From NCBI RefSeq assembly GCF_039939415.1, contig NZ_JBDVJE010000071.1:6182-70181 (forward strand): a stretch of 64,000 nucleotides of DNA, given 5' to 3'. The DNA comes from Polaribacter sp. GTDB lineage: Bacteria; Bacteroidota; Bacteroidia; Flavobacteriales; Flavobacteriaceae. This document shows, in pieces, positions 31,131 to 41,525 of the stretch. How positions within the stretch are numbered: position 1 is the stretch's first letter; the number at the start of each line of letters is the position of its first letter. The position numbers and the translations under genes are program-made. Under the pieces are notes generated by a model, which worked only from the letters and a program-made list of their open reading frames with translations, had not been told where the DNA came from and searched no databases.

Positions 31131-32159
31131 TTAGATTTCTATAACTATCTTTTCACTTGTTGGATAACTGATACATGTAAGAACGCTTCCACTTTCTTGT
31201 TCATTTTCTGAAAGAATATGACCTTCTGTCATTTTTACCTCACCTTCTATACATTTAGCTTTACAAGTAGAACACATTCCAGACCTGCAAGAATAAGGTA
31301 AAGATATATTATGAGCCATTGCTTGTTGTAATATAGATTTATCACCTTTAAACTTTAAAGTATGCTCTTTTCCTTCAAATTTTAAAGTAACATCACTTAC
31401 AAAGTTTTTACCAGTTACTTTTACTTTTGGCATTTTAAATACCTCTAATTTAATTTGTTCTCTAGAAATATTATTTTCACTTAAAATTTCTTTAACTTTT
31501 TCCATATAACCAAAAGGTCCACAAATCCTATACACGTGATTAGTGTAGGTTAATTTATGTTTTAAAAAACACCTATCTATAAGTTCTTTTGTTGCTAATC
31601 CTGAATGATAATTTTTTTCTTCTTTTTTATTATTTGCAATAATATGTTCCACAAAAAAATTATTTGAATATTCTTTTTCTAAGTTTTTTATTTCATCATG
31701 AAAAATTATTGACGCTATGCTTTGGTTTGCGTAAATAAGTAAAATTTTAGAGTCTTTCTCTTCACTAAGAACAGATTTTATAATTGAAAACATGGGTGTT
31801 ATACCACTACCTCCAGCAAATAAAACATATTGTTTCTTTTCTTTTTTATCTAAAGAAACAAAGAAAGAACCTGCAGCTGGATCCACTGTTAAAGAATCTC
31901 CAACTTTTAAAGAATCACATAAATAATTAGAAACTAAACCATTTTCAACACGTTTAACAGTAATTTTTAAATCCTTGTCTGTATGAGGATTACTACTAAA
32001 AGAATAAGCTCTTTTATGATCTTCTTCATTTATTACTGCTTTAATTGTTAGAAACTGCCCTGGTTTGTATTTTATTTTTTTAAAAAAATTTCCGTTTTTT
32101 AAATGAATGCTTATGGCATCATTTGTTTCTTTAACTATATTTTTAACTAATAATTTCAC
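31131..32159 (-). CDS. FAD/NAD(P) reductase with C-terminal [2Fe-2S] ferredoxin (PaaE-like)
   Basis: RAYSFSS, GGSGITP, ICGP, CRSGMCSTC...C. Confidence 0.92.
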   Translation of the reverse strand: MKLLVKNIVKETNDAISIHLKNGNFFKKIKYKPGQFLTIKAVINEEDHKRAYSFSSNPHTDKDLKITVKRVENGLVSNYLCDSLKVGDSLTVDPAAGSFFVSLDKKEKKQYVLFAGGSGITPMFSIIKSVLSEEKDSKILLIYANQSIASIIFHDEIKNLEKEYSNNFFVEHIIANNKKEEKNYHSGLATKELIDRCFLKHKLTYTNHVYRICGPFGYMEKVKEILSENNISREQIKLEVFKMPKVKVTGKNFVSDVTLKFEGKEHTLKFKGDKSILQQAMAHNISLPYSCRSGMCSTCKAKCIEGEVKMTEGHILSENEQESGSVLTCISYPTSEKIVIEI

Positions 32160-32167
32160 TGCTTTCT

Positions 32168-32650
32168 TTATTTATAATAAAACACCATACTTACATGAAA
32201 CACTAACAGAAATGTAATTATTAATGATAATGCTACATGTGCTATCATCCATCCTTTAAACAAAATATCACTATTGTTTTTAAGAACATCTAAATTTAGA
32301 TACCCTAAAAGGGTATTAAATAAAAACACATATGACATCAATAACAAATAACCATACCCTAATTGTGTGCTATGTATATAGAAAAACAAAGGACTAACAG
32401 CTCCTAACCATTTATGAAGGTTTTGTATTGTTATATTATATTTTCTCCAGTTTTTTATTACTCTCGTAAAAGTGAGTAACCATTGGAACAAAATAAATGT
32501 GGCTAATAATACTCCTGACCATCTCTTATAAATTTCTTGTTGTTGCAGATGAGATAACCAACTCCAATCTAGTTTTAAGAAAAATTGCAAGAAATAGACT
32601 GTTAGTAATAGTAATCCTAATAAAGTAGATTTATTAGATTTAAATACCAT
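32168..32650 (-). CDS. 4-TM protein, predicted di-heme b (ferric-reductase-like)
   Basis: Two TM helices each with His pairs 14 apart: HKWLGAVSPLFFYIH and HVALSLIITFLLVFH. Confidence 0.65.
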   Translation of the reverse strand: MVFKSNKSTLLGLLLLTVYFLQFFLKLDWSWLSHLQQQEIYKRWSGVLLATFILFQWLLTFTRVIKNWRKYNITIQNLHKWLGAVSPLFFYIHSTQLGYGYLLLMSYVFLFNTLLGYLNLDVLKNNSDILFKGWMIAHVALSLIITFLLVFHVSMVFYYK

Positions 32651-32680
32651 AAATTTTTATACTTAAAAAGATAAATTATT

Positions 32681-33496
32681 TTATTTTTTTGCCATCAATA
32701 CCTTCATAGTAGTATAGGAAGATAATTTTTTCACACTATCTAAAAATACTTCTGGTGTTGGTAAGTAATTACCTTCTGCAGGCCATTTTTCTCCAATTTG
32801 TGGCTTTCCACTTTCTTTAAAATCATCAATTTCATCCAAATATTCTTTATAAATGTCTAAAGTACCTTCTGCATATGAATTTAATAAAGCAACCGTTTCT
32901 TTAAAACTTAAAGAATCTTTAGGATACTGCCAAGTTGTAGCTCCCATAACATCTCCCAACTTCCAATCTGATTTTGTAGTTTGTGGATGTTCATTATGAC
33001 AAGAAACACATGCTCCTGCACTTGCTAAATCAACAAACATTGCTGTGTGTAATTTTTGCTCTTCATCATAAAAAAACTGAGGCTTTTTATCTTTTTTTAT
33101 TTCCTCAAATAACTCTGCTTGTTTACCCTGAAATTTATTTGCTGCATTTACAGGAAAATCAGAACCAAGATATAACCCTAATGGAACTGGACTTTTTCTA
33201 ATACTAGATGCTACACCTCTTAAAAATAGAGCAGGAAGAGGACCCGCTTCTACATCGTCTTTTCTCCAATCTTCATCAAATTTCATTCCTTGAGCTTTCC
33301 CTTTACCAACAATTGCTTTGGTATATAATGTTCTAGTTACATCATTTTCTTTTGATACCATTTCTAAAACTTCTGCTACTGAAAAAGTGTTTTCAGATGC
33401 AGATCCTTTTGATTTTTCTTCAGGAACTCCATCACAAGAAATAAAAAAAGTAAAACTTAATATTGCTAATATGTATAATTTATTTGTAGTTTTCAT
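32681..33496 (-). CDS. c-type heme lipoprotein, Tll0287/DUF3365-like
   Basis: Lipobox ISC, GPLPALF, single CVSCH, WKLGDVMGA. Confidence 0.75.
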   Translation of the reverse strand: MKTTNKLYILAILSFTFFISCDGVPEEKSKGSASENTFSVAEVLEMVSKENDVTRTLYTKAIVGKGKAQGMKFDEDWRKDDVEAGPLPALFLRGVASSIRKSPVPLGLYLGSDFPVNAANKFQGKQAELFEEIKKDKKPQFFYDEEQKLHTAMFVDLASAGACVSCHNEHPQTTKSDWKLGDVMGATTWQYPKDSLSFKETVALLNSYAEGTLDIYKEYLDEIDDFKESGKPQIGEKWPAEGNYLPTPEVFLDSVKKLSSYTTMKVLMAKK

Positions 33497-33515
33497 AATG
33501 AATATTTTATGTTAT

Positions 33516-33929
33516 TTAATAAGATGCTCCTATCATCACACTAGACATTGTTTGGTATACACCTGCCCATGCATCTTTAACTTCAGGAGTAAAATCACCC
33601 CCTAAACCTGCTTCTAAAGTTGCTAGTAACGCAGCTCCAACTGTGCTATAATGAGATTCTTTAACATTATAACCCACATGTTTTTTTCCTAAACCTTCTA
33701 ATACAGGTATTAAAGCATCTAAATCACTTAAACCAGCAACAGCAGCTCCTAGCATCGTCATTAGTTTATTACCTTGTGTTTTCATTGCTTCTTCACCACT
33801 AGGAAATAAGGGTTTAAGTTCTGGGTCTAATTCAAATAATTTATTATAAAATATTGTTGCTGCAGTATCAGCTATGGGTCTTACTTTTTTAAATGATTCT
33901 TGTACAAGAGTAATTGTTTTTGCTTCCAT
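33516..33929 (-). CDS. Single-domain globin (flavohemoglobin/Vitreoscilla Hb-like)
   Basis: B10 Tyr (IFY), CD1 Phe (PLF), E7 Gln (TQG), F8 His (KKHV), WAGVY. Confidence 0.93.
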   Translation of the reverse strand: MEAKTITLVQESFKKVRPIADTAATIFYNKLFELDPELKPLFPSGEEAMKTQGNKLMTMLGAAVAGLSDLDALIPVLEGLGKKHVGYNVKESHYSTVGAALLATLEAGLGGDFTPEVKDAWAGVYQTMSSVMIGASY

Positions 33930-33962
33930 TATTATTTAATTTTGAGTTTCACTTCTATTAAG

Positions 33963-33978
33963 TAAGTATTAATACTTA
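33963..33978. promoter_or_regulatory. Perfect 7-2-7 operator upstream of globin
   Basis: TAAGTATTAATACTTA; minus-strand TATTTTTG at 33985-33992. Confidence 0.75.
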
Positions 33979-34088
33979 TTTAACAAAAATAAAATACTTA
34001 GAATTAAATAAGTATGTAAAAACACACCTTAAAAAAGGTTTTTACAACATATTAAAAACTATTAAATAGCAGGAAATTGAAAAAAGCA

Positions 34089-34838
34089 CTAACTATCTAA
34101 AAAGTAGTTATGTTCACTTATTTCTTTTTTAAGTAATTGTATATTATTTATACCAATTTTTTTTCCTTGAGAAATAATTAATCCTTCTTTTTTTAATGTA
34201 GAAAATATTCTGATAACTTGTTCTTCTGTAGTACCTGCATAGTCTGCATATTCTTTTCTACTTAATGGTAAGTTTAAGAAACCTCGTAAATCTCCAAATT
34301 TTCTATGAATGTACAATAAGGTATCAATTACTCTTTCACGAACTGTCATTTGAGAAATAGACTTTACTTTATTTTCACTTCTGTTAAGTTCGTTTGCATA
34401 AAACAACATCATTTCATAAGAAAACTTAGGGTTTTCTAACAATACTTTTTGTAGATGTTCTTTTGAAAAATAATATAATTCTGTGTCTTGTAAAGCAATT
34501 GCACCAATAGAATAATATTCTTGAGTTCCAAAACCTCGATGTCCAATAATTTCACAATCTTTTGCAAAACGAACTATTTGTTCTCGCCCATTTATACCAG
34601 TTCTAAAAACTTTTACAGTACCTTTTTTAATAAAAAACAAACCATTTACAGGAGCTCCTTCAATAATAAATTGTTGTCCTTTTTTGCATTTTAAAACTGT
34701 ATTTTTTGAAACCGATTCTAACAATAATTGATTACTATACCTATGTATCATACATTGGTTTTTCTTACATACTTCACACCCTAAACCTTTACTATTAGGG
34801 GTTTCTTGAGGTATTTTATGTGAATGAAATATTGCCAC
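34089..34838 (-). CDS. Crp/Fnr family regulator with N-terminal Cys cluster
   Basis: CEVCKKNQC, cNMP-binding barrel, HTH LSRKEYADYAGTTEEQVIR. Confidence 0.92.
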   Translation of the reverse strand: MAIFHSHKIPQETPNSKGLGCEVCKKNQCMIHRYSNQLLLESVSKNTVLKCKKGQQFIIEGAPVNGLFFIKKGTVKVFRTGINGREQIVRFAKDCEIIGHRGFGTQEYYSIGAIALQDTELYYFSKEHLQKVLLENPKFSYEMMLFYANELNRSENKVKSISQMTVRERVIDTLLYIHRKFGDLRGFLNLPLSRKEYADYAGTTEEQVIRIFSTLKKEGLIISQGKKIGINNIQLLKKEISEHNYFLDS

Positions 34839-34839
34839 T

Positions 34840-36279
34840 TTAAAGTTCTTTTTGTAATACTACTTTCTCAAAACTAGTTTTTGGAGCCTCACAAAGCGAA
34901 CACACGTAATTCTCTGGTAATTCATTAAAAATGGTTTCTGGTGCAATGCCTTGAGTAATATCTCCAAAAGCTTCATCGTAAATTGTTAAACAATCTTTAC
35001 ATTGATACACTTCTAATTCTGTGGTTTCTTTATTTACAAAAGCTTCTTTTTCCGCTTCTTTTTCACTCCCTAATTGATCAAAATATAATTGACTTAACTC
35101 CATTAACAATCCTGGTAATTCTACTTTATCTACGTCTTGAACGTGCATAATGTATTTTCTTGTATTTGGATCAAAATCTTTTGCATACAATAAATTATAA
35201 GTGTCTCTAGTTTGAAAATTACCAATCTTTTCTGGTTGTTTATTTTTTTCTACAACTATTGATGTAAAATAATGAGCAGACTTACTGTAGTTTGTAATTC
35301 CGAATGTTAAACCATAGGTACTAATATCATTTTGATCGAAGTTAGAAACCAAATATTTCTTTAAATTTAAAGCGTCTTTATTTGCCACAGGAATATGCCA
35401 GTTTAACTCTAACATAGAATGACGAACGTTAATACCTCTTTTACCTAAAAATTTTTCCCAAACCAATTTAGACTCTTTTGGAATTCCTTTTACAACAAAA
35501 GATTTCCAAGGAGTAATAGATATTTTACCAATCTTATTTTCAGAACACAATTCGCACATTTCTTTTAAGAAAGAAATATCGTATTTATTGTTTCTCCAAT
35601 ACAAACCTAACCAGTATTTATCTATTCCTATTTTGTTCATACCTTCAAAATATGGAAAAGGATAAAAAGGTACATCTAAAGGCTTGTCTACAGTTCTATT
35701 ATTGGTATCAATTGCATCATTTACCAAATCAAAAATCATTTCTACAGTTTCTGGCTCCTCTTGCAGTATGTTTTCTATTGCTGTTTCTACCTTTCCTAAA
35801 TCCCAACTATAAATTAAAGCAGGATACATTTGAGTTTTTCTCCATTCTGGAAGTCTTACATACAAATACCAATAATCTTCATGCTCTGAAGCAATAAAGT
35901 TTATATTACCAGTAAATAGAGGTACCAAACGTTGTTTGGGATCTATTAGGTTTATTTTTAATTTCGATTTTTGACGAAATTGTTCTAACAAATACAAGTA
36001 TCTATCTCCTGTTAACCAAGAAGTACTTGGAAAAATATCTGCACAAACATAAGAGGAAACTATGTTCTCTACACCTATTTCATCTGCTTCTACAATTTTT
36101 AATTTATCGAACTTTGCAAGATCTTCTTTTTTTGCTTTTTCTGATAATAAAATATCTTGTCTAGAGCCAAAAGAGATGGTTTTTAAACCTAAACTTTCTA
36201 CAGATTCACAAATATAATTTAGCTCTCCTGGAGATAAAACTCCGCCTTTTACAATCAATCTATTTAGTTGCTTACTCAT
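34840..36279 (-). CDS. Nitrite/sulfite-reductase ferredoxin-like domains fused to C-terminal rubredoxin
   Basis: GGVLSPGEL..FGSRQDI N-terminus; YQCKDCLTIYD...CSLCEAPK. Confidence 0.8.
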   Translation of the reverse strand: MSKQLNRLIVKGGVLSPGELNYICESVESLGLKTISFGSRQDILLSEKAKKEDLAKFDKLKIVEADEIGVENIVSSYVCADIFPSTSWLTGDRYLYLLEQFRQKSKLKINLIDPKQRLVPLFTGNINFIASEHEDYWYLYVRLPEWRKTQMYPALIYSWDLGKVETAIENILQEEPETVEMIFDLVNDAIDTNNRTVDKPLDVPFYPFPYFEGMNKIGIDKYWLGLYWRNNKYDISFLKEMCELCSENKIGKISITPWKSFVVKGIPKESKLVWEKFLGKRGINVRHSMLELNWHIPVANKDALNLKKYLVSNFDQNDISTYGLTFGITNYSKSAHYFTSIVVEKNKQPEKIGNFQTRDTYNLLYAKDFDPNTRKYIMHVQDVDKVELPGLLMELSQLYFDQLGSEKEAEKEAFVNKETTELEVYQCKDCLTIYDEAFGDITQGIAPETIFNELPENYVCSLCEAPKTSFEKVVLQKEL

Positions 36280-39200
36280 ACTCCTACTTTTGCGTTATTC
36301 AATATTTCTCTAACTTCAGTTTTACAACTTCCACAACCTAGACCTGCACCCGTTTTATTACATAATTCTGTAAAATTTGTACAACCTTTAGCAATTTCTT
36401 CTTCAATATTTCCAGACCCAACCTGACTACATGAACAAACTAATTCTCCTAACATTGGCGTGTCATTTGAAGCACCTCTTAACAAAGTATCACGCTTATC
36501 AGACATTTCAATTTTACTCTCAATTAAAGTTTTAAATTCTGCAAACTCGTTTTTATCGCCCACTAAAACTGCTCCAATTAACAAATCATCTTTAACAATA
36601 CACTTCTTGTAATATCCTTTAGAAATATCTGTAAATATTACTTCTTCATAACTTGGATCGTTTTCTGGAACAGAAATTTCTCCAATACTACATAGGTTTA
36701 AATCGTTAAATTTTAAAATATTCATTAACACAGAACCTTTATATGCTTCACTTATGTCTCCAGCAATAAAGTTGGCTAAAATACCTGCTTGTTCTTCTGC
36801 TGCAGATGTAATACCAAATAATTTATTTTCGAATTCTGCTATTTCACCAATGGCAAAAATATCTGGATGAGAAGATTGTAAATGTTGATTCACCTTAACT
36901 CCACGTCCGCAATTAATTCCGTTATTTTTAGCAATTTCTATATTGGGTCTTGTGCCAATTGCATACACAATTGCGTTTGCTGTAATGTATTTTCCTGATT
37001 TTAGGTTGATGGTTAATTCACCTGTATCTTCATCATCAAAAACAGTACTTACTTCATTATCAAAATAAATTTGAATACCTCTTTCTTGTACATCTTTAGA
37101 TAATAATTTACTAGAAATGGAATCTAACTGACGTTCCATTAAACGAGAAGCCCTTTGTATAATTGTAATTTTTACATTTTTATGCTTCATTGCTGCTGCT
37201 AATTCAAGCCCTAATAAACCACCACCAACGATTACAACATGTTGTTCTTCTGGAGGCAAACCTGTATTATCTAAATAACTTTTAAAACGATCTGCATCTA
37301 TTTTATTACGCATTGTAAAACGCCCAGGTAAATTTATTTGCACATCTTTAGGGATAAAAGGTCTACTTCCTGTTGCTAAAATTAACTTATCAAAAGTATG
37401 TATTTTACCATTAGAATCTGTAACTGTTTTATTATCCTTATCAATATTATTAATAATTTTTTCTGGATGAATTTTAATATCTAAATTGCTTAATTCAGCA
37501 TTTTTTATTTTTAATAATTGTTCCCAAGTTAATTCTTCTGTAATATATTCTGGCAACAAAACTCTGTTGTAAAACAAGTTTGTTTCTTTAGAAAATACAT
37601 GAATTTCATCTACTTGATTATAATCTCTATAATTTTGTAAAAAACGAAAAGCTGCAGCACCTGCACCTGCAATTATAATTTTTTCTTTCGGTTTTTTATA
37701 TTTAACCACAGAAACTGCTGTAAATTTAAAATCTGGTTCTTTAGAAACAGGATCTATATGTGTATTTGTTAAATTATTTGCTCTATTTAAGTTACTTTTT
37801 AAAACTTTACCCCAATGCATTGGTAAAAAAACAACACCTTCTTTAATGGCATCTGTTACTTTTGCACGAACTCTTACAACTCCGTTTTTACTTTTAATTT
37901 CTGTAATATCTCCATCTTTAATTCCTTTTAGAAAAGCATCAATAGGATTAATTTCTAATACAGGTTTAGGGTAATGTGTTTTTAACCTTGCAACTTTACC
38001 GGTTTTAGTCATGGTGTGCCATTGATCTCTAATACGACCTGTAGTTAAAATTAACGGAAATTCATCATTTGTTTTTACAGAAGTATTTTCTATAGTTGAT
38101 GGCGCATTAAATATTGCTTTTTGAGATGGTGTATAGAATTTTTTATCCTGAAATAAACGTGGTGTTCCTTTACTTCGATATTCATTAACTGGCCATTGAA
38201 AAGTACCTTCGTTTTTTAAACGATCATAATTTAAGAAAGAAACATCAATATTTGTGCCTTTGGTCATTGAAGCGTATTCATCATAAATTTCTTCTGCACC
38301 GTTAAAATCAAAGCCTCTAAAACCCATTCTTTGTGCAAAATCGCAGAAAATTTCTACATCTGGTCTTGCTTCTCCTGGAGCTTCAATTTCTTTGGGTAAA
38401 TAAGATATTCTACGCTCAGAATTTGTCATAGTACCTTCTTTTTCTAACCAAGCTGCTGCAGGTAACACTAAATCTGCATACTGCAAAGTATCTGCTTTAT
38501 GAGAAATTTCTTGTACAACAACAAACTTAGATTTTGCCATTGCTTTTTCTATTTGATGTGAATTTGGCATACTTACCAACGGATTTGTACTAGCAATCCA
38601 AACTGCTTTTACTTTTCCGCTTTCTAAGCCATCAAACAATTCTGTTGCTGTTAATCCAGGGTTTGGAGATATTTTATCTACTCCCCAAAATTGCGCAACC
38701 TCTCTTCTATGTTCTTCGTTTCCTAAATCTTTATGTACAGCTAGTAAATTTGCCATTCCACCAACTTCACGACCACCCATTGCATTTGGTTGCCCTGTTA
38801 ATGAAAACGGACCAGAACCTGGTTTACCAACTTGACCTGTAATTAAAGACAAATTTAAAAGCGATGTGTTTTTATCTGTACCAATAACACTTTGATTTAA
38901 ACCCATTGCCCACATACTTATAAAGCCTTTAGATAAACCAATTATTTCTGCGGCTTTTTGTATATCATCTTCTGGAACTCCACAAATTTTAGAAGCTTGT
39001 TTTAAAGTAGTATTAAAAATTACTTTCTTATAATCATCAAAACCTTGAGTATGTTTTTTAATGAAATCTTCATCAATTAATCCGCTTTTATACAATCTTC
39101 TACCAATTGCATTGTACAAAACAACATCTGTACCTGGTTTTAATTGTAAATGCAAATCAGCAAAATTTGCAGAATCTGTTTTACGAGGATCAATTACTAT

Positions 39201-39797
39201 AATTTTTACATTCGGATTTTCTTCTTTGCGTTTTTCTATCCTTCTAAATAAAATAGGATGACACCAAGCAGGATTTGCTCCTGTAATTAAAAAACAGTCT
39301 GCTAAATCTATATCTTCATAAGAAATTGGCACACTATCTTCCCCAAATGTTTTTTTGTAACCAACCACGGCAGAACTCATACATAAACGTGAGTTGGTAT
39401 CTATATTATTGGTTCCAATAAATCCTTTTGTTAATTTATTTGCGATATAATATTCTTCTGTTAAACTCTGACCTGATACGTAAAATGCAACTGAATCTGG
39501 ACCATGTTTTTTTATAATTGATTTAAATACATTGGCAGCTCTATCTAAAGCTGTATCCCAAGAAACTCTTTCTCTAGGATGAGAACGAGACCATCGCATT
39601 TCTGGATATAAAATTCTGTCTGAAGTATCATTAGCTACATAATGCAAGTTCATTCCTTTAGAACATAAAAGCCCTTTATTTACAGGATGTTCTTTATCTC
39701 CTTCAACAAAAACTTTGTTGTTAATGTCTTTTTTTACGATAATTCCACAACCAACTCCACAATAAGAGCAAGTAGTTTTAACTTCATTTTTAATCAT
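36276..39797 (-). CDS. Assimilatory nitrate reductase: Mo-bisMGD domain fused to NADH oxidoreductase and BFD [2Fe-2S]
   Basis: TCSYCGVGCG, RLCMSSA, TGQPNAMGGRE, TTGRIRDQWHT, GAGAA, GGGLLGLE, CSC...GCGSC. Confidence 0.93.
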   Translation of the reverse strand: MIKNEVKTTCSYCGVGCGIIVKKDINNKVFVEGDKEHPVNKGLLCSKGMNLHYVANDTSDRILYPEMRWSRSHPRERVSWDTALDRAANVFKSIIKKHGPDSVAFYVSGQSLTEEYYIANKLTKGFIGTNNIDTNSRLCMSSAVVGYKKTFGEDSVPISYEDIDLADCFLITGANPAWCHPILFRRIEKRKEENPNVKIIVIDPRKTDSANFADLHLQLKPGTDVVLYNAIGRRLYKSGLIDEDFIKKHTQGFDDYKKVIFNTTLKQASKICGVPEDDIQKAAEIIGLSKGFISMWAMGLNQSVIGTDKNTSLLNLSLITGQVGKPGSGPFSLTGQPNAMGGREVGGMANLLAVHKDLGNEEHRREVAQFWGVDKISPNPGLTATELFDGLESGKVKAVWIASTNPLVSMPNSHQIEKAMAKSKFVVVQEISHKADTLQYADLVLPAAAWLEKEGTMTNSERRISYLPKEIEAPGEARPDVEIFCDFAQRMGFRGFDFNGAEEIYDEYASMTKGTNIDVSFLNYDRLKNEGTFQWPVNEYRSKGTPRLFQDKKFYTPSQKAIFNAPSTIENTSVKTNDEFPLILTTGRIRDQWHTMTKTGKVARLKTHYPKPVLEINPIDAFLKGIKDGDITEIKSKNGVVRVRAKVTDAIKEGVVFLPMHWGKVLKSNLNRANNLTNTHIDPVSKEPDFKFTAVSVVKYKKPKEKIIIAGAGAAAFRFLQNYRDYNQVDEIHVFSKETNLFYNRVLLPEYITEELTWEQLLKIKNAELSNLDIKIHPEKIINNIDKDNKTVTDSNGKIHTFDKLILATGSRPFIPKDVQINLPGRFTMRNKIDADRFKSYLDNTGLPPEEQHVVIVGGGLLGLELAAAMKHKNVKITIIQRASRLMERQLDSISSKLLSKDVQERGIQIYFDNEVSTVFDDEDTGELTINLKSGKYITANAIVYAIGTRPNIEIAKNNGINCGRGVKVNQHLQSSHPDIFAIGEIAEFENKLFGITSAAEEQAGILANFIAGDISEAYKGSVLMNILKFNDLNLCSIGEISVPENDPSYEEVIFTDISKGYYKKCIVKDDLLIGAVLVGDKNEFAEFKTLIESKIEMSDKRDTLLRGASNDTPMLGELVCSCSQVGSGNIEEEIAKGCTNFTELCNKTGAGLGCGSCKTEVREILNNAKVGV

Positions 39798-39923
39798 TTA
39801 GACTACCATTTTATACTAAATACGACATTAATTTTTTACTATCCTAAGTTTCATTTTATTATTTTGAATAACTTAAAAAAACATACTATGTATTTTTAAA
39901 TCGACAAAAAAATATTTAGAAAA

Positions 39924-41354
39924 TTAACTTTTTACGTTTACAGGAATTAATTCTGGAATCAAATCTTCTAAATCTTTTGAAGCTTCGTCTTGTTCTTCTT
40001 TTGCAGAAAATTTAATAGATAATGCTATAATTCCTGTTGCAACAACTACAAAACCTATTAATAAATATCCACTTGAAACTGCACTAGAAGATGCCGCAGA
40101 TTGCGCTGCTTTTACCACCTCATCTCCTAAACCTTCACTAGATAAAATAGCTGCTTTTTCTGCTACTGCAGATTTAGATTTTAATAACATGGCTGCTAAA
40201 AAAGCCCCAACATTACCACCAGCACCTACAATTCCAGAAACTGAACCAATTGCTTTTTTATTAATAAATGGCACTACAGAAAATGTTGCCCCTTCTGCCA
40301 TTTGAACACTTAAACTAAATGAAATTAATAATACAATACCTAAAATTAAGCTTGTTGCCCCAGAAAAAGAAATTAGAATAATTCCTTGTAAAGTTAAAAT
40401 GAAAGATAAGAACAAAACACGCCCTCTTAACCCTTTTAATTTTCCAAATTTATCACCAAAGAAACCTCCTAAAGTTCTTGCAAAAATATTCATTAAAGCA
40501 AAAGACAAAACAATGTTACCTGCAGTAACTCTTTCTAATTGAAACGTATTTTGAAGATAATCATCCATCGTTCCATAAACCGTTAATTCAATTCCAAAAC
40601 TTGCTGCATACACTACAAAAAGAATCCAAACTCTATAGTCTTTTAATACCTCTAAAAAACCAACTTGATCTTTCTTAGTAACCACCATTTCACCTGCAGC
40701 CTTTAATTCACTAAAATTTCCTTTTGGAGTATCTTTTGTAAAAAAGAAATACACAATACCCATTAAAAAACAAACCATACCTGCAATTACCATAGAATAC
40801 CTCCAAGCCTCTGCATCTGCAACACCAAAAGCAACAACTGCTCCTGCAATTAAAGGCATTCCTAACCTGTTTGCTCCTCCACCTAAATTACCCCAACCTG
40901 CAGAAGTTGCATTAGCAGTTCCTACAATATTAGGCGCAAACATTAAAGAAGTATGTACTTGAGTAATAACAAATGAAGCTCCAATAAAACCAATAAATAA
41001 TCTACAAACTAAAAATTGAGTTGGTGTCTGTACTAACCCACATAATATTACAGGAATTGCCCCTAACATTAATAACCATGTATAACATAATCTTGGTCCG
41101 TATTTATCACATAATTTACCTATAAGTAAACGTGCAAAAACGGTTCCAGAAACCGCTAATATAATTGAGTTCCATTTTTGGTCTGGTGTTAAACCTAAAT
41201 CTTTAACAACATCTGGCATAAAAGGCACAATACCAAACCATGCAAAAAAACATAAAAAGAATGAAATTGACGTAATCCAAAATGTACGTGTTGATACGTT
41301 TTTAAAATCTAATAAACTTAATTTTGTTGATTTTTCTTGAGCTAAATTGATCAT
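39924..41354 (-). CDS. narK: MFS nitrate/nitrite transporter (NarK/NasA)
   Basis: CFFAWF, GTANATSAGWGNLGGG, ARTLGG, GAGGNVG. Confidence 0.92.
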   Translation of the reverse strand: MINLAQEKSTKLSLLDFKNVSTRTFWITSISFFLCFFAWFGIVPFMPDVVKDLGLTPDQKWNSIILAVSGTVFARLLIGKLCDKYGPRLCYTWLLMLGAIPVILCGLVQTPTQFLVCRLFIGFIGASFVITQVHTSLMFAPNIVGTANATSAGWGNLGGGANRLGMPLIAGAVVAFGVADAEAWRYSMVIAGMVCFLMGIVYFFFTKDTPKGNFSELKAAGEMVVTKKDQVGFLEVLKDYRVWILFVVYAASFGIELTVYGTMDDYLQNTFQLERVTAGNIVLSFALMNIFARTLGGFFGDKFGKLKGLRGRVLFLSFILTLQGIILISFSGATSLILGIVLLISFSLSVQMAEGATFSVVPFINKKAIGSVSGIVGAGGNVGAFLAAMLLKSKSAVAEKAAILSSEGLGDEVVKAAQSAASSSAVSSGYLLIGFVVVATGIIALSIKFSAKEEQDEASKDLEDLIPELIPVNVKS

Positions 41355-41379
41355 GATACCTATTTTTATGATGTAAAAA

Positions 41380-41395
41380 TAAGTATAAATACTTA
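41380..41395. promoter_or_regulatory. 7-2-7 operator upstream of narK
   Basis: TAAGTAT-AA-ATACTTA; extra ATACGTAT at 41412-41419. Confidence 0.75.
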
Positions 41396-41525
41396 GTTTT
41401 AATGTTAAAAAATACGTATTTTTATAATTATTAAAAGATTAATAATTAGGTAATAGTGATTTTAAGAATATGCTAAAATTAAGCTATAAAATTACGAGTA
41501 ATAAAAACAAAAAATTATAAAACAT

